Translations under genes and position numbers: made by a program
In this document: positions 37,116-48,396 of the stretch, piece after piece
How the letters are laid out: each line of letters starts with the position of its first letter
How positions within the stretch are numbered: the stretch's first letter is position 1
The notes under the pieces: generated by a model
The model's database searches: none
What the model saw: only the letters and a program-made list of their open reading frames with translations
What the model was told of the DNA's origin: nothing
Origin: a phage
Direction: 5' to 3' (one strand)
Sequence record: PZ379074.1
Length of the DNA stretch: 64,000 nt

Positions 37116-37532
37116 ATGAAGATCACCAATAAACAAACTGGTCGCAAAGTAGAAATTAAAATCAGCAAAATGACTGCGATGGAAGGTTGGAACATACAGC
37201 GCCGATTCATCGAATTTGCAATGTCAAAAGACCCCGCCTTTCGTTCAGAATACACAATGGAAGTATTAAGCTTTGCGAAGGTTGAACTTGATGTCGGGCA
37301 AGAAATTCCTCTGAGCACTGGCGCACTTATTGACAACCATCTTGGCGACTGGGAAAACTTAAAATTGGTTTTCGAAGCGGTGTTGATGGAAAACGGAATC
37401 AACCCAGAGACTCACGCTGAACGTGAAGGATACTGGGAACAAGCTGGCGGCGAAATGGCTGCAGCATTTATTGGCGAATCGATGCGATTAATCGCGCCAT
37501 TCCTCAGCGGCGAGACTCCAAACAAGGGGTAA
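37116..37532 (+). CDS. tail assembly chaperone candidate (138 aa)
   Basis: Small acidic protein immediately upstream of tape measure gene (positional inference). Confidence 0.4.
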   Translation: MKITNKQTGRKVEIKISKMTAMEGWNIQRRFIEFAMSKDPAFRSEYTMEVLSFAKVELDVGQEIPLSTGALIDNHLGDWENLKLVFEAVLMENGINPETHAEREGYWEQAGGEMAAAFIGESMRLIAPFLSGETPNKG

Positions 37533-37535
37533 ACT

Positions 37536-39716
37536 GTGTCTGACTCATTAGAAAAATTTGTTCTTCAATATACGGTGGACTTGAAAGAGTCCATCAATCG
37601 TCTTGAGCAATTGCAAGATAAGGTTGATCAGACAAACAAAAAGGCAAAGTCCGCTGGTAAAGACTTCACCGGAGCATTCAAAGATGTGTTTGGTGAGCTG
37701 AAGCCTCTCACAGCTGAACTGGGGTCTATTGACGGAATCCTTGCGCGGCTTACTTATCGTTTTGCCGCGCTTGTTCCTGTTGTCGCAGGATTGGCTGTCG
37801 TCGTCAAATCCATTGTTGATGTTCGAAAAGAATATGAAGCGCAAAGGAAGCTGGGATTTGAAGCAGGTCTTTCACCAATCGGAGTGGAACAGCTACAGCG
37901 ACAATTGAATGAAAGTTCAGGTGGCATTCTTGGTGCGCAGGGGTCAAGGGATTTGATCAGCAAGGCTTCTAATCTCGCATTCAACGCGTACACCAACCCC
38001 GATGTGATGAACAAGGACAACTTGCTGCTGAACAAGATGGGGACCAGTCCTTTCAACAGTAACGGCGGCATCAAAGACACAAACCAGCTGCTTGATGAAA
38101 TTGGCACAAAGCTGAGAAGTGTGAATGAGCAGACCGCTCGTGCTATTGGTGCTCTGGCAGGTTTTACCGCCGATGAAGTCCGTGCGCTTCGTGAGCGAAA
38201 TCAATCAGTCAAAGAAAGCACCCGTATAAGCGACGAAGAAACGGCGAAGCTGCAAAGACAGCAGGCTGCGCTTGAAACGATACGAAACAGCATGGGCCAA
38301 ATTCAAGAAGACTGGCGACGCATTGAACTGGTAATCGGCGAGAACGTGATGCCAGCATTCTCGACGCTTGTCAGCAAGACTGCCGATACAGTCGAAGGAT
38401 TCCAGATGATGTTCCAAAGAATGTCTGATGGATGGTCTGAATTTGTCGACAATTTCATCGCTGACTTGAAGCACCCGTTTGATAAACAGGCGGCTGTCAA
38501 CGAGCGCCACGAGCGTGCCGTTGATAGATGGATCACTCAGATGGCCGACGGCGATGTGAAACGCCAGAGGAACCAGGAGCAAAACGCGGCTGAACAACGT
38601 TCTGCGCAAGCACTTTTCACTCGCGACATCAACCTGTTTTCAAGCGCCGTTTCAACCTTTGCTGGTGTTATTGATGAGCGACAAGCGTGGGCTGCATGGG
38701 CTGGTGAGATAGGACGAAGCGCAGGCCAATCCGCAATGCCTGGCACACCAGCACTAAGCACTGGTGCGACCGTAGGCAACAACTTGGGGTCAGGAAATCC
38801 GACTGCATATGACTCAATCTATGAGGAAGCTTCCAAGCGTTATGGAATCCCTGTTGCGATGATGAAGGCTGTCACAGAAGTCGAATCTGGATTCAACCCT
38901 AATGCCGTAAGCGGAGCAGGCGCGACCGGATTGATGCAAATAATGCCTTCCAACTTCAAGGGACTTGGCATCACAGACGGTAACGACCCAAGACAAAACA
39001 TTATGGGCGGCGCTCAACTTCTCAAGGAATATTTAACCGCTGCCAATGGCGATTGGAATCTTGCTCTGACGATGTATCACGGCGGATACGACCGCAGCGG
39101 ATGGGGAAAGAACACCCGTGCGTATCCTGGAAAGGTGATGGCTGCTCTCGACCGACAGGCGAATGGAGAATACGCCACAGGAGCGCCGCAAGGTGCACCA
39201 GTGACTCCAGTCCTTAGCGGTAGCGGAGCAGAAGCACCAAAAGGCAGCTACGCCCCAGTACAGGGCCAATCCCGCCAAACGGTGCAATACAGACAATTGC
39301 AAGAAGCCATTGCAGGATACCTAAACGTGCCAGTTGAGCAGTTGATGCAAGGGCAAGTTAACAAAGGTGATATTGACTTTGCTCAAACTTACCTTAAACT
39401 TGGAACGCAAAGGGATTATATTAAAAACATGCAGCTGGCTTCAACTCCAGGTGTAAGACCGAACATTCAGGCCGAAGCGATGAAGAATGCGCGTCTTGCG
39501 GCATTTCAGCTTGAGGCATTCCAGAAATACGGTGGCGACCTTTCCGCGAATAGTCGACCTGGTGGGCGTGATATTACTATGGGTCAGAAAAACGTTGTCA
39601 TCAACGTTAACGGCGCTCAAGACCCACGAAGCACGGCATTTGAAACAAAACGAGTGCTTGAACAAGATGATATCAACGACATAAACAACCTTACTGCTAC
39701 ACCTTTGAAGTGGTGA
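37536..39716 (+). CDS. tail tape measure protein with lytic transglycosylase (SLT) domain
   Basis: 726 aa; GTG start; coiled-coil N-terminal half; SLT-like motif ...EVESGFNPNAVSGAGATGLMQIMPS... Confidence 0.7.
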   Translation: MSDSLEKFVLQYTVDLKESINRLEQLQDKVDQTNKKAKSAGKDFTGAFKDVFGELKPLTAELGSIDGILARLTYRFAALVPVVAGLAVVVKSIVDVRKEYEAQRKLGFEAGLSPIGVEQLQRQLNESSGGILGAQGSRDLISKASNLAFNAYTNPDVMNKDNLLLNKMGTSPFNSNGGIKDTNQLLDEIGTKLRSVNEQTARAIGALAGFTADEVRALRERNQSVKESTRISDEETAKLQRQQAALETIRNSMGQIQEDWRRIELVIGENVMPAFSTLVSKTADTVEGFQMMFQRMSDGWSEFVDNFIADLKHPFDKQAAVNERHERAVDRWITQMADGDVKRQRNQEQNAAEQRSAQALFTRDINLFSSAVSTFAGVIDERQAWAAWAGEIGRSAGQSAMPGTPALSTGATVGNNLGSGNPTAYDSIYEEASKRYGIPVAMMKAVTEVESGFNPNAVSGAGATGLMQIMPSNFKGLGITDGNDPRQNIMGGAQLLKEYLTAANGDWNLALTMYHGGYDRSGWGKNTRAYPGKVMAALDRQANGEYATGAPQGAPVTPVLSGSGAEAPKGSYAPVQGQSRQTVQYRQLQEAIAGYLNVPVEQLMQGQVNKGDIDFAQTYLKLGTQRDYIKNMQLASTPGVRPNIQAEAMKNARLAAFQLEAFQKYGGDLSANSRPGGRDITMGQKNVVINVNGAQDPRSTAFETKRVLEQDDINDINNLTATPLKW

Positions 39717-39720
39717 TAAT

Positions 39721-40593
39721 TTGAAAAAGAGAATCCTTAAAGTCACCTTATCTATGCCGGATGGCACAAGCCAAGTTCTTGATGAAGGATTGATGCTTAG
39801 ATGTCGAATCAAAAAGGCAGCACTTTCCGTTCAGAATAAGGCTACGATTGAAGTCGCAGGATTGACAGGGTACTTGAGAGAGTACCTGCTTTCCAACTTC
39901 ACGGCATTCAACAAACGCCTGCGTGATCAAGGTCAGTTGGCGGCGAACTACGTTAACGTGACTATTGAAGCTGGATACAGAGAAGGGAGCGTAATCAGCA
40001 GCAACTTGGTATACAAGGGACAGGTGACGACAGTTGAGATCACAGCACCGCCGCCGAATATTGTAATCAGAATCACTTGCTACACCAACCAAATAAACAG
40101 AACGAAGTTCATAACTCAAGCCGCGCCATCCAACCCGACTTTCAAAGAGTTTGTGGAATGGTCTGCAAAACAAATGGACATCGATACTGTTATTTGTGAT
40201 ACGTCGATTAACAATCAGCGCCTTGTGAACCCAGGAAGAACGACATATGTTGCTGCTGCGCTGCTGCTTGAGATCCAGAACTATCAACGCAACTCAATCG
40301 CAGCATACATTGATGACGATACGTTAATTGTTAAGGATAAAGACAAAATTCTAAATCCAGACCAGATTACAGTCATTGAGGAATTTGTCGGAATACCGAT
40401 GTGGAACGAGTGGGGTGCAGACTTCACTTGTATGTATAACGCAGATTTGAAGCTTGCACAAGGTGTTAAATTCAAATCAGTCTTAAACCCAAGCTTGAAC
40501 GACACCACATTCGTCATCATGCAACTTGAATATGATTTAGCAAGTCGTGATGACATATTTACGGTGACGGGCGGCGTTGCACCATCGGCCTAA
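39721..40593 (+). CDS. baseplate/distal tail protein (290 aa)
   Basis: TTG start after GGTG; position after tape measure. Confidence 0.45.
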   Translation: MKKRILKVTLSMPDGTSQVLDEGLMLRCRIKKAALSVQNKATIEVAGLTGYLREYLLSNFTAFNKRLRDQGQLAANYVNVTIEAGYREGSVISSNLVYKGQVTTVEITAPPPNIVIRITCYTNQINRTKFITQAAPSNPTFKEFVEWSAKQMDIDTVICDTSINNQRLVNPGRTTYVAAALLLEIQNYQRNSIAAYIDDDTLIVKDKDKILNPDQITVIEEFVGIPMWNEWGADFTCMYNADLKLAQGVKFKSVLNPSLNDTTFVIMQLEYDLASRDDIFTVTGGVAPSA

Positions 40594-40595
40594 AT

Positions 40596-41117
40596 ATGAG
40601 AAAGAATAAAGTAATTGAGTTGTTTGGAGTTACTTATGAAATACATCAATTCAGCGCAATAGATGCGTTTGAAATGGTTGATGCGATAAGCATATTAACT
40701 CCACTTGAATTATTAAGTGAATGTCATGTTATTAAATATGACGGAACTAAAGTCAGGTTGAATTCTGAGAAGGCCATCAGTGAAGAAGTGAAAAGTGTGC
40801 CAAATCACTTGCCGCCCAACCTTGTATTGAAAGTTCTAATGGAAGCGGTAAAGAAGCACAATTTTGGATTCCTCAGTGATTGGAAAGGCACTAAGATTCC
40901 AAATAGATTCTTGGCTGATGTTCCGACCGTAGAGCCTAATTATCTTGAGCCGATGGTTGCAAGCCTAATAAACAATGGTCTTGCTTCGTTAAAAGAATTG
41001 GAAGAATATTATTCATTGCGTGATGCATTCGCTATGTTTGATGGACTAATAGCAAAATCACTTAATGAAGCCTACTCAAACGAAGCTGCCATTAAAGAAT
41101 CAAAGTCAAATCGCTAA
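40596..41117 (+). CDS. hypothetical baseplate protein (173 aa)
   Basis: ORF in baseplate region. Confidence 0.45.
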   Translation: MRKNKVIELFGVTYEIHQFSAIDAFEMVDAISILTPLELLSECHVIKYDGTKVRLNSEKAISEEVKSVPNHLPPNLVLKVLMEAVKKHNFGFLSDWKGTKIPNRFLADVPTVEPNYLEPMVASLINNGLASLKELEEYYSLRDAFAMFDGLIAKSLNEAYSNEAAIKESKSNR

Positions 41118-41174
41118 AATATTGCTTATAGACTCCTTATAGATTATAATTTGTTGATCAGATATAAGGAGTCT

Positions 41175-41903
41175 ATGATGGCAGAAAAGTTAACCCAACT
41201 TACAAGCCCCAACCAAACTGACAAATCAAGTATGTTTGCCGCGCTGCAGGGAATGCTGGACCGTGGCAAGTATACCACTGACGGCATGATTCCTGCACAA
41301 GTAATATCTTATGACCGCAAACAGAATTTAGCAGTCATAAAGCCTGTTATTCATTTCGTAAGTCTTGATGATAAACCAGTGGAGCGTCAACCACTGGTGT
41401 CAATTCCTGTATTGGCAATCGGCGGCGGCGGCTTCGTAATCAACTTTCCTCTGAAAGAGGGTGATTTGGGCTGGATATTCGCTGGCGACCGCGAGTTGTC
41501 GACATTCCTTGAAGAATTGAAGCCGACCGCGCCTACCAATGGCCGCGTGAAAACTTTCGCTGATGGACTGTTCATACCGGATGTATTTCGAAAATACACT
41601 ATAAGCGGAGAGGATGCAGGCTCAATGGTAATCCAGTCACTCAGCGGCGCTGTCCGCATTGCATTAAGTGATGACTCGATAAACATAACTGCATCGGCTG
41701 GAGTAAATGTGAAAACACCAATAACCACTATCGACCAACAATTGATAGTTAATGGAAAGGCAACGTTCAATGGTGGTATAGAAGGGAAAGAAGGAACGAC
41801 GGCAACGCTTCCGACTGGCACAACAATCGGCGGCACAAATGTATCCACTCACGGTCACATAGGTAACGGACCTGGAAACAGAACTGGGGATATGATAGAA
41901 TGA
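41175..41903 (+). CDS. baseplate protein (242 aa)
   Basis: Start set at ATG 41175 with AAGGAG RBS; position before J-like gene. Confidence 0.45.
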   Translation: MMAEKLTQLTSPNQTDKSSMFAALQGMLDRGKYTTDGMIPAQVISYDRKQNLAVIKPVIHFVSLDDKPVERQPLVSIPVLAIGGGGFVINFPLKEGDLGWIFAGDRELSTFLEELKPTAPTNGRVKTFADGLFIPDVFRKYTISGEDAGSMVIQSLSGAVRIALSDDSINITASAGVNVKTPITTIDQQLIVNGKATFNGGIEGKEGTTATLPTGTTIGGTNVSTHGHIGNGPGNRTGDMIE

Positions 41904-43171
41904 GTGCACAATATTCTTACATAGTAAGCACTGGTGTAATAACCATCGACACAGCCGATTTGCTGGCTGACGTTCAAAGTGAATGGATTGAGTCATTAGG
42001 GGTCGGGCTTGACGTTGATGCCTCGACACCGCAAGGCACCCTAATCGCAACGGAGACTTTGGCAAGAACTTCAGTGATGAAGAACAACGCCGAGCTGGGA
42101 AGTCTCATCAACCCAAATTATTCGTATGGCGTATACCTTGATGCCATCGCGGCATTGCTTGGGATTGAGCGAACTAAAAACATCAGCACGATGCTAAAAG
42201 GAATTACCGCAGAAGGAACGCCGCTGTTGGAAATTCCTGCTGGAAGTTTGCTGACGGATTCAAATGGTACATACTGGTATGTTCTGGAAGACGTTCAAAT
42301 CGCTTCGACTGGCAAGACAAGCAACATGACTCTTGCATCAAAAGAGTATGGCTCATTTACTGTTGCGCCTGATGAAGAGTTTACCGTGGTGCAAGGCTAT
42401 GACGTCATCGGATGGTCAAGAACGTATTCAACATCAGCAACGACAACCGTGCCAGGTACGCAATACATGGGCGACGGAGCGTTAAAGGCCGCTCGCGTTA
42501 AGCGCCTTTACCAGCAGGGAATTGCATCGCTTGGTGCCATTCGCGCTCGTGCCATGTCGGTCGACGGCGTGGAATCGGTGATGGTCGTGGAGAATGACAC
42601 GGGATTGCCTGGAACGGTGCGCGGCATCACCTTTTCAACGCCTAACGGTGTCTGGGTGTGCGCAAGCGGAACGTTCGATAAGCAAGTTTTTGCTGAGACT
42701 ATTTTCAAGGCAAAGATGGGTGGCCAGCCGTGGGACTTTGGTGCTACCAACCAGGGTGATCCAGTCAACTCGCCTGATGGAATAGAAGTTGTCGACGAAG
42801 AATCGCAACTGTCTTATTTCGTAAAGTTCAACACTGCTGTCATATATGACTTGTATGTCGACATTACTGTTGTAAGAGGCACCGCAACCGCCGATGCCGA
42901 ATCTATTATTGCCGCTGTGTTGAATTACGGTAATGGAAATTTTAACGGCGAGCAAGGATATGCAGTGGGTCAATCTCAATCTTCTTTTGAGATTGCTTCA
43001 GCAGTGTCTTGCGAGTATCCAGGTCTGTACATTAAAGATTGCAAAATTGCAGCAGTTCAAAGCGGACAGGCAGCGCCAAATTATCCATCCGATTACGGCA
43101 GCGAGTGGATTGCCAATCCTTGGGATAAGGCTAATACTATGCGCGGCTTCATCAACGTTAAATTTGTGTGA
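41900..43171 (+). CDS. baseplate J-like protein
   Basis: 423 aa; ATGA overlap; position and size fit baseplate wedge J/gp47 family (positional and compositional inference). Confidence 0.45.
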   Translation: MSAQYSYIVSTGVITIDTADLLADVQSEWIESLGVGLDVDASTPQGTLIATETLARTSVMKNNAELGSLINPNYSYGVYLDAIAALLGIERTKNISTMLKGITAEGTPLLEIPAGSLLTDSNGTYWYVLEDVQIASTGKTSNMTLASKEYGSFTVAPDEEFTVVQGYDVIGWSRTYSTSATTTVPGTQYMGDGALKAARVKRLYQQGIASLGAIRARAMSVDGVESVMVVENDTGLPGTVRGITFSTPNGVWVCASGTFDKQVFAETIFKAKMGGQPWDFGATNQGDPVNSPDGIEVVDEESQLSYFVKFNTAVIYDLYVDITVVRGTATADAESIIAAVLNYGNGNFNGEQGYAVGQSQSSFEIASAVSCEYPGLYIKDCKIAAVQSGQAAPNYPSDYGSEWIANPWDKANTMRGFINVKFV

Positions 43172-43177
43172 GGAACT

Positions 43178-45916
43178 ATGCAAAAGTTTGACACAAACCT
43201 GTTGCAAAACCTTAAGTGGATGCAGAACAATGCGCCAAACATCACATCTTTGGTGCAAAAGAAAAGTGACTGGTATGAAAGATACCAAGATCAGTTTTGG
43301 ACTGACTGGTACAATAACATTTTTAACATTGACACTTGTGATGCAATGGGCATCTATATTTGGTGTGACATCCTATGCATACCAAGGGATTTTGTTGACT
43401 TAAGCAACTATGAGCACAACTGGGCGTTTGGACCCACACGCGACAACTTCGAAGGGCCGGAAAATATCGGCGGCAACTTCTTTGGTGCTGGCGGAAAGGT
43501 TGTGAAAAACATCGAAGAAGCCCGCATCCTTCTGAAGCTTCGTTATCTGACGCTTACAAGTGATGGTCGCATAGAAAGCATCAACCGTATGCTTAAGTGG
43601 ATTTTCAACCGTGGAGAAGATTGGGATTACTCTTCATCGCGCTACGCATATGTTACAGATAATACTCAAGGCGCGGTGTCTTCTTCTGAAGCAACAAACG
43701 GCTCATTCCTTCTGTACGACTGGCAGGGGTCAACTGAGATTCAGCACGATTATAAGCAGATACTTTTAAGCCATGGCAACAATGCCGGACTGACCATCAG
43801 CGGAGTATCAGGCACCGTGTCACGGATGGCGCATCCAGATTGGTACTCATGGGGGAATGGTTCCGGCACAGGCCTTGTCGGTGGCGACACCAGACAGTAC
43901 GGCGGCCCTGATTACTATGGACAGTTGTGTGGCGATTACCCAGGTGAGGCAATAGAGAATTTTGCCAACGCAGTAAGGGTCGTCAAGACGGCTTCAAGCG
44001 GTGAGCCTGTGTATTCTTTGGCTAATAATCCAAGCGCACAGTCAATTGCCCTTCCTTCGCAGGCTGGCGTTAACGTTTGCTATAGCTTCTACATAAAGGT
44101 GCTTTCTGAAAACGTCGCTTCTGTTTCTGTTACAGAGAATAGTGATGCATCGAGCAATGGAAAGCTGTTTGACCCCGTCACTGGCCAGTTCAACTTGGAC
44201 CCGTCATTGAGCTATTTCATCAAAGGCAAATTCGATGGAGTAAGAAGGGAATCAAACCGTGGTGGCATAAAAGCAATTGGCGGCGATTGGTATCGAATCT
44301 GGATTGTAGAACAAACTGCGAACGCGACAGCTGGGGTAAACACAAGCTTTTCAATAGAGTTGAAGGCGACTGCCGCTGGATCAACTCAGACTCGTGAATT
44401 GCCTGAAGGGTCTGATGCACTTCTTTTTGGATACTCGATTTGCGTCTGCGACCCTGTTCAGAATCCAAATGGACCTGAGCCTTATTTCTATGGGACTCAA
44501 AATCCTCCTGCAGATGGAACGGCAATCCTGTCTGTTACGGCAGGAACGCTCAACAACATATCTTGCGCAAACGGTCCGTTGACCACAAGGGATGGCGTGG
44601 TAGGTGAATCATTCATGCAGCCTGGTTCATCGCTTGCATACTCTGGTTCAATCGGCGGCTACCCGTACCCAGGAAACGCAACATTGATTGCAGAGACAGA
44701 TGGAATCAGACGCTCATGGAACGTTAGCAGGCTTGATGGAGTACCGCCGCCGCCGACCGCTGACTATTACATGGAATATGTCATCGGGCCTTATTTCGCC
44801 AACAACTTATCCGACAACTTTAAGACGCTAGTTGGCGACAGGAATGAAGGATTCTTGCCAGCAAATGCCGGAATACGTTGGCAGCTTTACCAAGAAGTCG
44901 CAGACTTATCTGATATTGATTTGACCGTCAGCAACATAACAGACACGCGAGTAGGATTCGAAACGGAAGGTGTCGCATGGATTAACACTGACGGCATCAT
45001 CAGAGTTGGCGGCATAAACGAGTGGCCGTTGAACAACTTCAAAGGTGTTATACGACAGCTTGAATCTTTGAAAGGTGTGAACCAAGTTATCGACGGCGCA
45101 CTTGTCAACGACTATTCAATCTCAAAAGCATCAAGAGATGATTTTGGTCGTGAAATCCCACGTGCCGCGATCACAAACTACTGGCGATACACACAGCCCA
45201 ATGACGGCACATCTTTTGGAAATATCGTCAAGGACGGAGATAACACGGTAACGGCGACGCCAATCAGCGGTGTGCCCAACCAGTTCCCATCATTCAAGCT
45301 TTCCGCTACAATAGGGACTGTGCCAGCGTCCGGCTATGCACGTGCTGTACTTGCTACTAAATACACTGGCAACCTGACTGGTCCTTTGTCATTTATCGCA
45401 ATAGTTAAAAACAACACGGTAAACGGTCAAAAACTTTTCGTAACCGTACCGGATGGTATGGGCGGCTATATCCCTAAATTCTACAGCATAGGCGCAGGTG
45501 ATTTGCAACGTATCGAAATTGACCTTGCCGCTGAGATTGTTGCAGGAACGACTTGGGATGGTTCGACAGGTGGAATCAGCATTGGTTTGATATCAGGGAA
45601 GGATTTGCCGACCGAAGTTGGTACGACTCTTGAACTTGATATTTTAAGCTTGATGCTTGTTTCTGGTAATACGATGAATGCGCTTGCGATTTCAACAAGC
45701 GAAGACTTTGCAAAGAAAACTGCAACTTCTATATACATCAAAAACCCAGGGTCACTGGCGACTGGAGTTCAATTGATAGCTTCGAATGGGGATGTTGTAG
45801 CGACAGTAAACTTTCCAAGAAGTGCTGCTGGCGGTTATGTTTCAAGCATGAATATAACTGACTTAACTGGTGATTGGGCATCAACCCTTTTATCAAAAAT
45901 TAAATACATCGTGTAG
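43178..45916 (+). CDS. large baseplate wedge / tail fiber protein (912 aa)
   Basis: Trp/Asn-rich N-terminal domain, long Gly/Ser/Thr/Asn-rich body; directly upstream of fiber gene. Confidence 0.55.
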   Translation: MQKFDTNLLQNLKWMQNNAPNITSLVQKKSDWYERYQDQFWTDWYNNIFNIDTCDAMGIYIWCDILCIPRDFVDLSNYEHNWAFGPTRDNFEGPENIGGNFFGAGGKVVKNIEEARILLKLRYLTLTSDGRIESINRMLKWIFNRGEDWDYSSSRYAYVTDNTQGAVSSSEATNGSFLLYDWQGSTEIQHDYKQILLSHGNNAGLTISGVSGTVSRMAHPDWYSWGNGSGTGLVGGDTRQYGGPDYYGQLCGDYPGEAIENFANAVRVVKTASSGEPVYSLANNPSAQSIALPSQAGVNVCYSFYIKVLSENVASVSVTENSDASSNGKLFDPVTGQFNLDPSLSYFIKGKFDGVRRESNRGGIKAIGGDWYRIWIVEQTANATAGVNTSFSIELKATAAGSTQTRELPEGSDALLFGYSICVCDPVQNPNGPEPYFYGTQNPPADGTAILSVTAGTLNNISCANGPLTTRDGVVGESFMQPGSSLAYSGSIGGYPYPGNATLIAETDGIRRSWNVSRLDGVPPPPTADYYMEYVIGPYFANNLSDNFKTLVGDRNEGFLPANAGIRWQLYQEVADLSDIDLTVSNITDTRVGFETEGVAWINTDGIIRVGGINEWPLNNFKGVIRQLESLKGVNQVIDGALVNDYSISKASRDDFGREIPRAAITNYWRYTQPNDGTSFGNIVKDGDNTVTATPISGVPNQFPSFKLSATIGTVPASGYARAVLATKYTGNLTGPLSFIAIVKNNTVNGQKLFVTVPDGMGGYIPKFYSIGAGDLQRIEIDLAAEIVAGTTWDGSTGGISIGLISGKDLPTEVGTTLELDILSLMLVSGNTMNALAISTSEDFAKKTATSIYIKNPGSLATGVQLIASNGDVVATVNFPRSAAGGYVSSMNITDLTGDWASTLLSKIKYIV

Positions 45917-45926
45917 AGGAACGGCA

Positions 45927-47714
45927 ATGCCAACACTTATTAACAGACCTTTCGCGCAAAGCGGTGATGTATCCGTGGTGCCGGATGCAAGCCCAAGCGG
46001 TTATGTAAACTTCCAGCGCGGCTACACCCCTGACTATGCGCTTGCTCTGGAGGCTGGAAACGTCGCCGCGAAAGCTGTTGAGCGCGAATCGATGAACTGG
46101 TTGCTGAATTTGATCACAGACAACCTTATGTTTATTCAAGATCATGGCGCTCAACAATATTTCTCTTCTGACTTGAAGCCTGATGGATACCCGAAAAATG
46201 CCATCGTTGTCAGCAACTCTGGAACGCCTTCAGCACCTGAGTGGCGCATCTTTCAGAGCGTGGTCGACGGCAACACAAGCGCCGTACCAGCTAACGGAGA
46301 AACGGAATCTTGGCAGGAATTAACACTGCCCAGCGAAGCGCGAAAATACATTCCGATGCCTGCTGGCGGCGATGCGCAAAACCCGTACTTTGTTCGCGGA
46401 TTGATTTCAAGTTTTGTGGACTTCGATAACATCACGACATCCACAACTATCGTCATTCAATCCGATGCCGTCGCCGCTCTGTGCTCTAACATCCCGAATG
46501 CGGTTGGCGCAACGAAGGTTGCAGGTCGACTGCAGGCCTGCGCTTGGCAGGTCGATGCGCAAACCTTTGCCTTGCAGCAATATACATCAATGAATGGCTA
46601 TTTGTTTACTCGCTCTTATACTTCTGGTGCTTGGAGTGCTTGGATTCAAAATGCCACTGTTCAAGATGTGCAAATTGGAACGCCGAATCTTGCATCAGGT
46701 AAAGGTGCGCAAGATATAATTCTCACCGTTCCAGCAGGGTATTCATGGCCTCCGTCAGCAGGTAGTCGCCTGACAATCGTCAATGATGTAACGACTACCG
46801 GACCTGTCACCGTGACCATTGGTGTAAACAAAGTTGCCGTTCTTGGATTCGACGGCGGCGAGTTGCCAGCTGGCGCTATCGTAGGATTGCTGCCATTCAC
46901 CATCATTTATGACGGAACTGTTTGGCGTCTCCTTCAGGCGTTTGGCGCGGCGCAAATCGGCGTTGATGCTACTGAGCCGCAACAGTTTGTTACAAAGCGC
47001 CAACTCGATGCTTTGGCTGCGAAGTTGATCACTATGGGTGATGTGTTCGAAGTCGGTGAGACTCGATTCCTCACCAACGGGACCAACCCGAATACTAAAC
47101 TGGGCGCTTACGGCCAGGTATGGACACGACTGCCTGATAACATGGTGATTCGCACGTCCGGCGCTGCACGAAACGGTCTTGATACAGGCGGAGCAGACTC
47201 TGTTACCCTTACCGCCGCCATGCTTCCTCTCCACAATCACAGCGTGAACATTACCACGCGACAAAGTGGTCCATGGTCCAATACCACTGGAGACGCAGGC
47301 AACCACAACCACACAGGCGATACCAGTCAAAACGGCGCTCACGTGCACGGAATGGACACGGCAGGCAACCACCACCATGACAGTAGCTGGGGTGAAGCCA
47401 ATACTAGCGATGCGCGGTACGGCGTTTATGATGGGACACACAACAACTTCGGAAGTCGCAAAGGCGGCGACTGGGATAACTACAAATACAATACGTCAAC
47501 TAATGGCAACCACGTTCATAATATTCAATCTTCTGGATCACACACCCATGGGTTGAATATAAATTACGCTGGCAATCACAGCCACAGCTATACCCTTCCC
47601 GCTCACACTCACGATGTGGTCGGTAACACTGGCAATGCAGGGCAGTCGGTGCCAACGGCTGTTGCGACTTTGCCGCGATACGTTGTTTTGAATGGCTGGT
47701 ACAGAAGCGCATAA
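45927..47714 (+). CDS. tail fiber protein with His-rich HxH region
   Basis: N-terminus PTLINRPFAQSGDVSVVPDASPSGYVNFQRGYTPDY; C-terminal region with many HxH motifs (NHNHTGD, HVHGMD, NHHHD, HTHGLN, HSHSY, HTHDV). Confidence 0.7.
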   Translation: MPTLINRPFAQSGDVSVVPDASPSGYVNFQRGYTPDYALALEAGNVAAKAVERESMNWLLNLITDNLMFIQDHGAQQYFSSDLKPDGYPKNAIVVSNSGTPSAPEWRIFQSVVDGNTSAVPANGETESWQELTLPSEARKYIPMPAGGDAQNPYFVRGLISSFVDFDNITTSTTIVIQSDAVAALCSNIPNAVGATKVAGRLQACAWQVDAQTFALQQYTSMNGYLFTRSYTSGAWSAWIQNATVQDVQIGTPNLASGKGAQDIILTVPAGYSWPPSAGSRLTIVNDVTTTGPVTVTIGVNKVAVLGFDGGELPAGAIVGLLPFTIIYDGTVWRLLQAFGAAQIGVDATEPQQFVTKRQLDALAAKLITMGDVFEVGETRFLTNGTNPNTKLGAYGQVWTRLPDNMVIRTSGAARNGLDTGGADSVTLTAAMLPLHNHSVNITTRQSGPWSNTTGDAGNHNHTGDTSQNGAHVHGMDTAGNHHHDSSWGEANTSDARYGVYDGTHNNFGSRKGGDWDNYKYNTSTNGNHVHNIQSSGSHTHGLNINYAGNHSHSYTLPAHTHDVVGNTGNAGQSVPTAVATLPRYVVLNGWYRSA

Positions 47715-47722
47715 GGTGATTT

Positions 47723-48367
47723 ATGATTAATGCAAACGTAATATCTAAAGGGACAGGATGCAGCACGGATATTGCAGAAAATTGGGTGGACCCTTTCAAG
47801 CAGGCTTGTGAGCACTACGGAATAAAAAGCAAGAATGCCATTGCAGCATTCCTTGCAAACGTAGGAGTAGAGACGGGCGGCTTGAAGACCTTTGTGGAAA
47901 ATCTCAACTACTCTGCACAGGGACTTGCCAATACATGGCCTAGTCGTTACAGCGTCAACGGTCGTGCTGGAAGCGCCCCGAACTCATTGGCCCTGTCGAT
48001 TGCCCGTAAACCTGTGGAAATCGCCAATAATACATATGCAAACCGCATGGGCAACGGTTCAGTAGCATCTGGCGACGGTTGGAAGTACCGTGGCCGTGGT
48101 GCCATTCAGCTGACTGGAAAGGCCAACTATGCGGAATATACGCGTCAATCAGGCTATGATGCATTGAACAATCCTGATATTCTGACTGAACCAAAATACA
48201 TTGCTGACAGCGCGGCATGGTTCTTTAAGAATAGCGGCTGTATTCCTCTTGCGGATGCAGGAAATTTTGATTCAACCGTTAAGCGGATTAACGGGGCCGC
48301 GCCGAACGCGGCAAACCACGGTGAGTTGCGAAGAAAGCGTTACAAAGATGCACTAGCAGTTATGTAA
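47723..48367 (+). CDS. endolysin, glycoside hydrolase family 19-like
   Basis: 214 aa; GH19-type signature YRGRGAIQLTGKANY; last gene of plus-strand late block. Confidence 0.8.
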   Translation: MINANVISKGTGCSTDIAENWVDPFKQACEHYGIKSKNAIAAFLANVGVETGGLKTFVENLNYSAQGLANTWPSRYSVNGRAGSAPNSLALSIARKPVEIANNTYANRMGNGSVASGDGWKYRGRGAIQLTGKANYAEYTRQSGYDALNNPDILTEPKYIADSAAWFFKNSGCIPLADAGNFDSTVKRINGAAPNAANHGELRRKRYKDALAVM

Positions 48368-48368
48368 G

Positions 48369-48396
48369 AAAAAGGCCCATATGGGCCTTTGTTTAT
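48369..48396. terminator. bidirectional rho-independent terminator between convergent genes
   Basis: Perfect palindrome AAAGGCCCATATGGGCCTTT flanked by A-run and T-run. Confidence 0.6.
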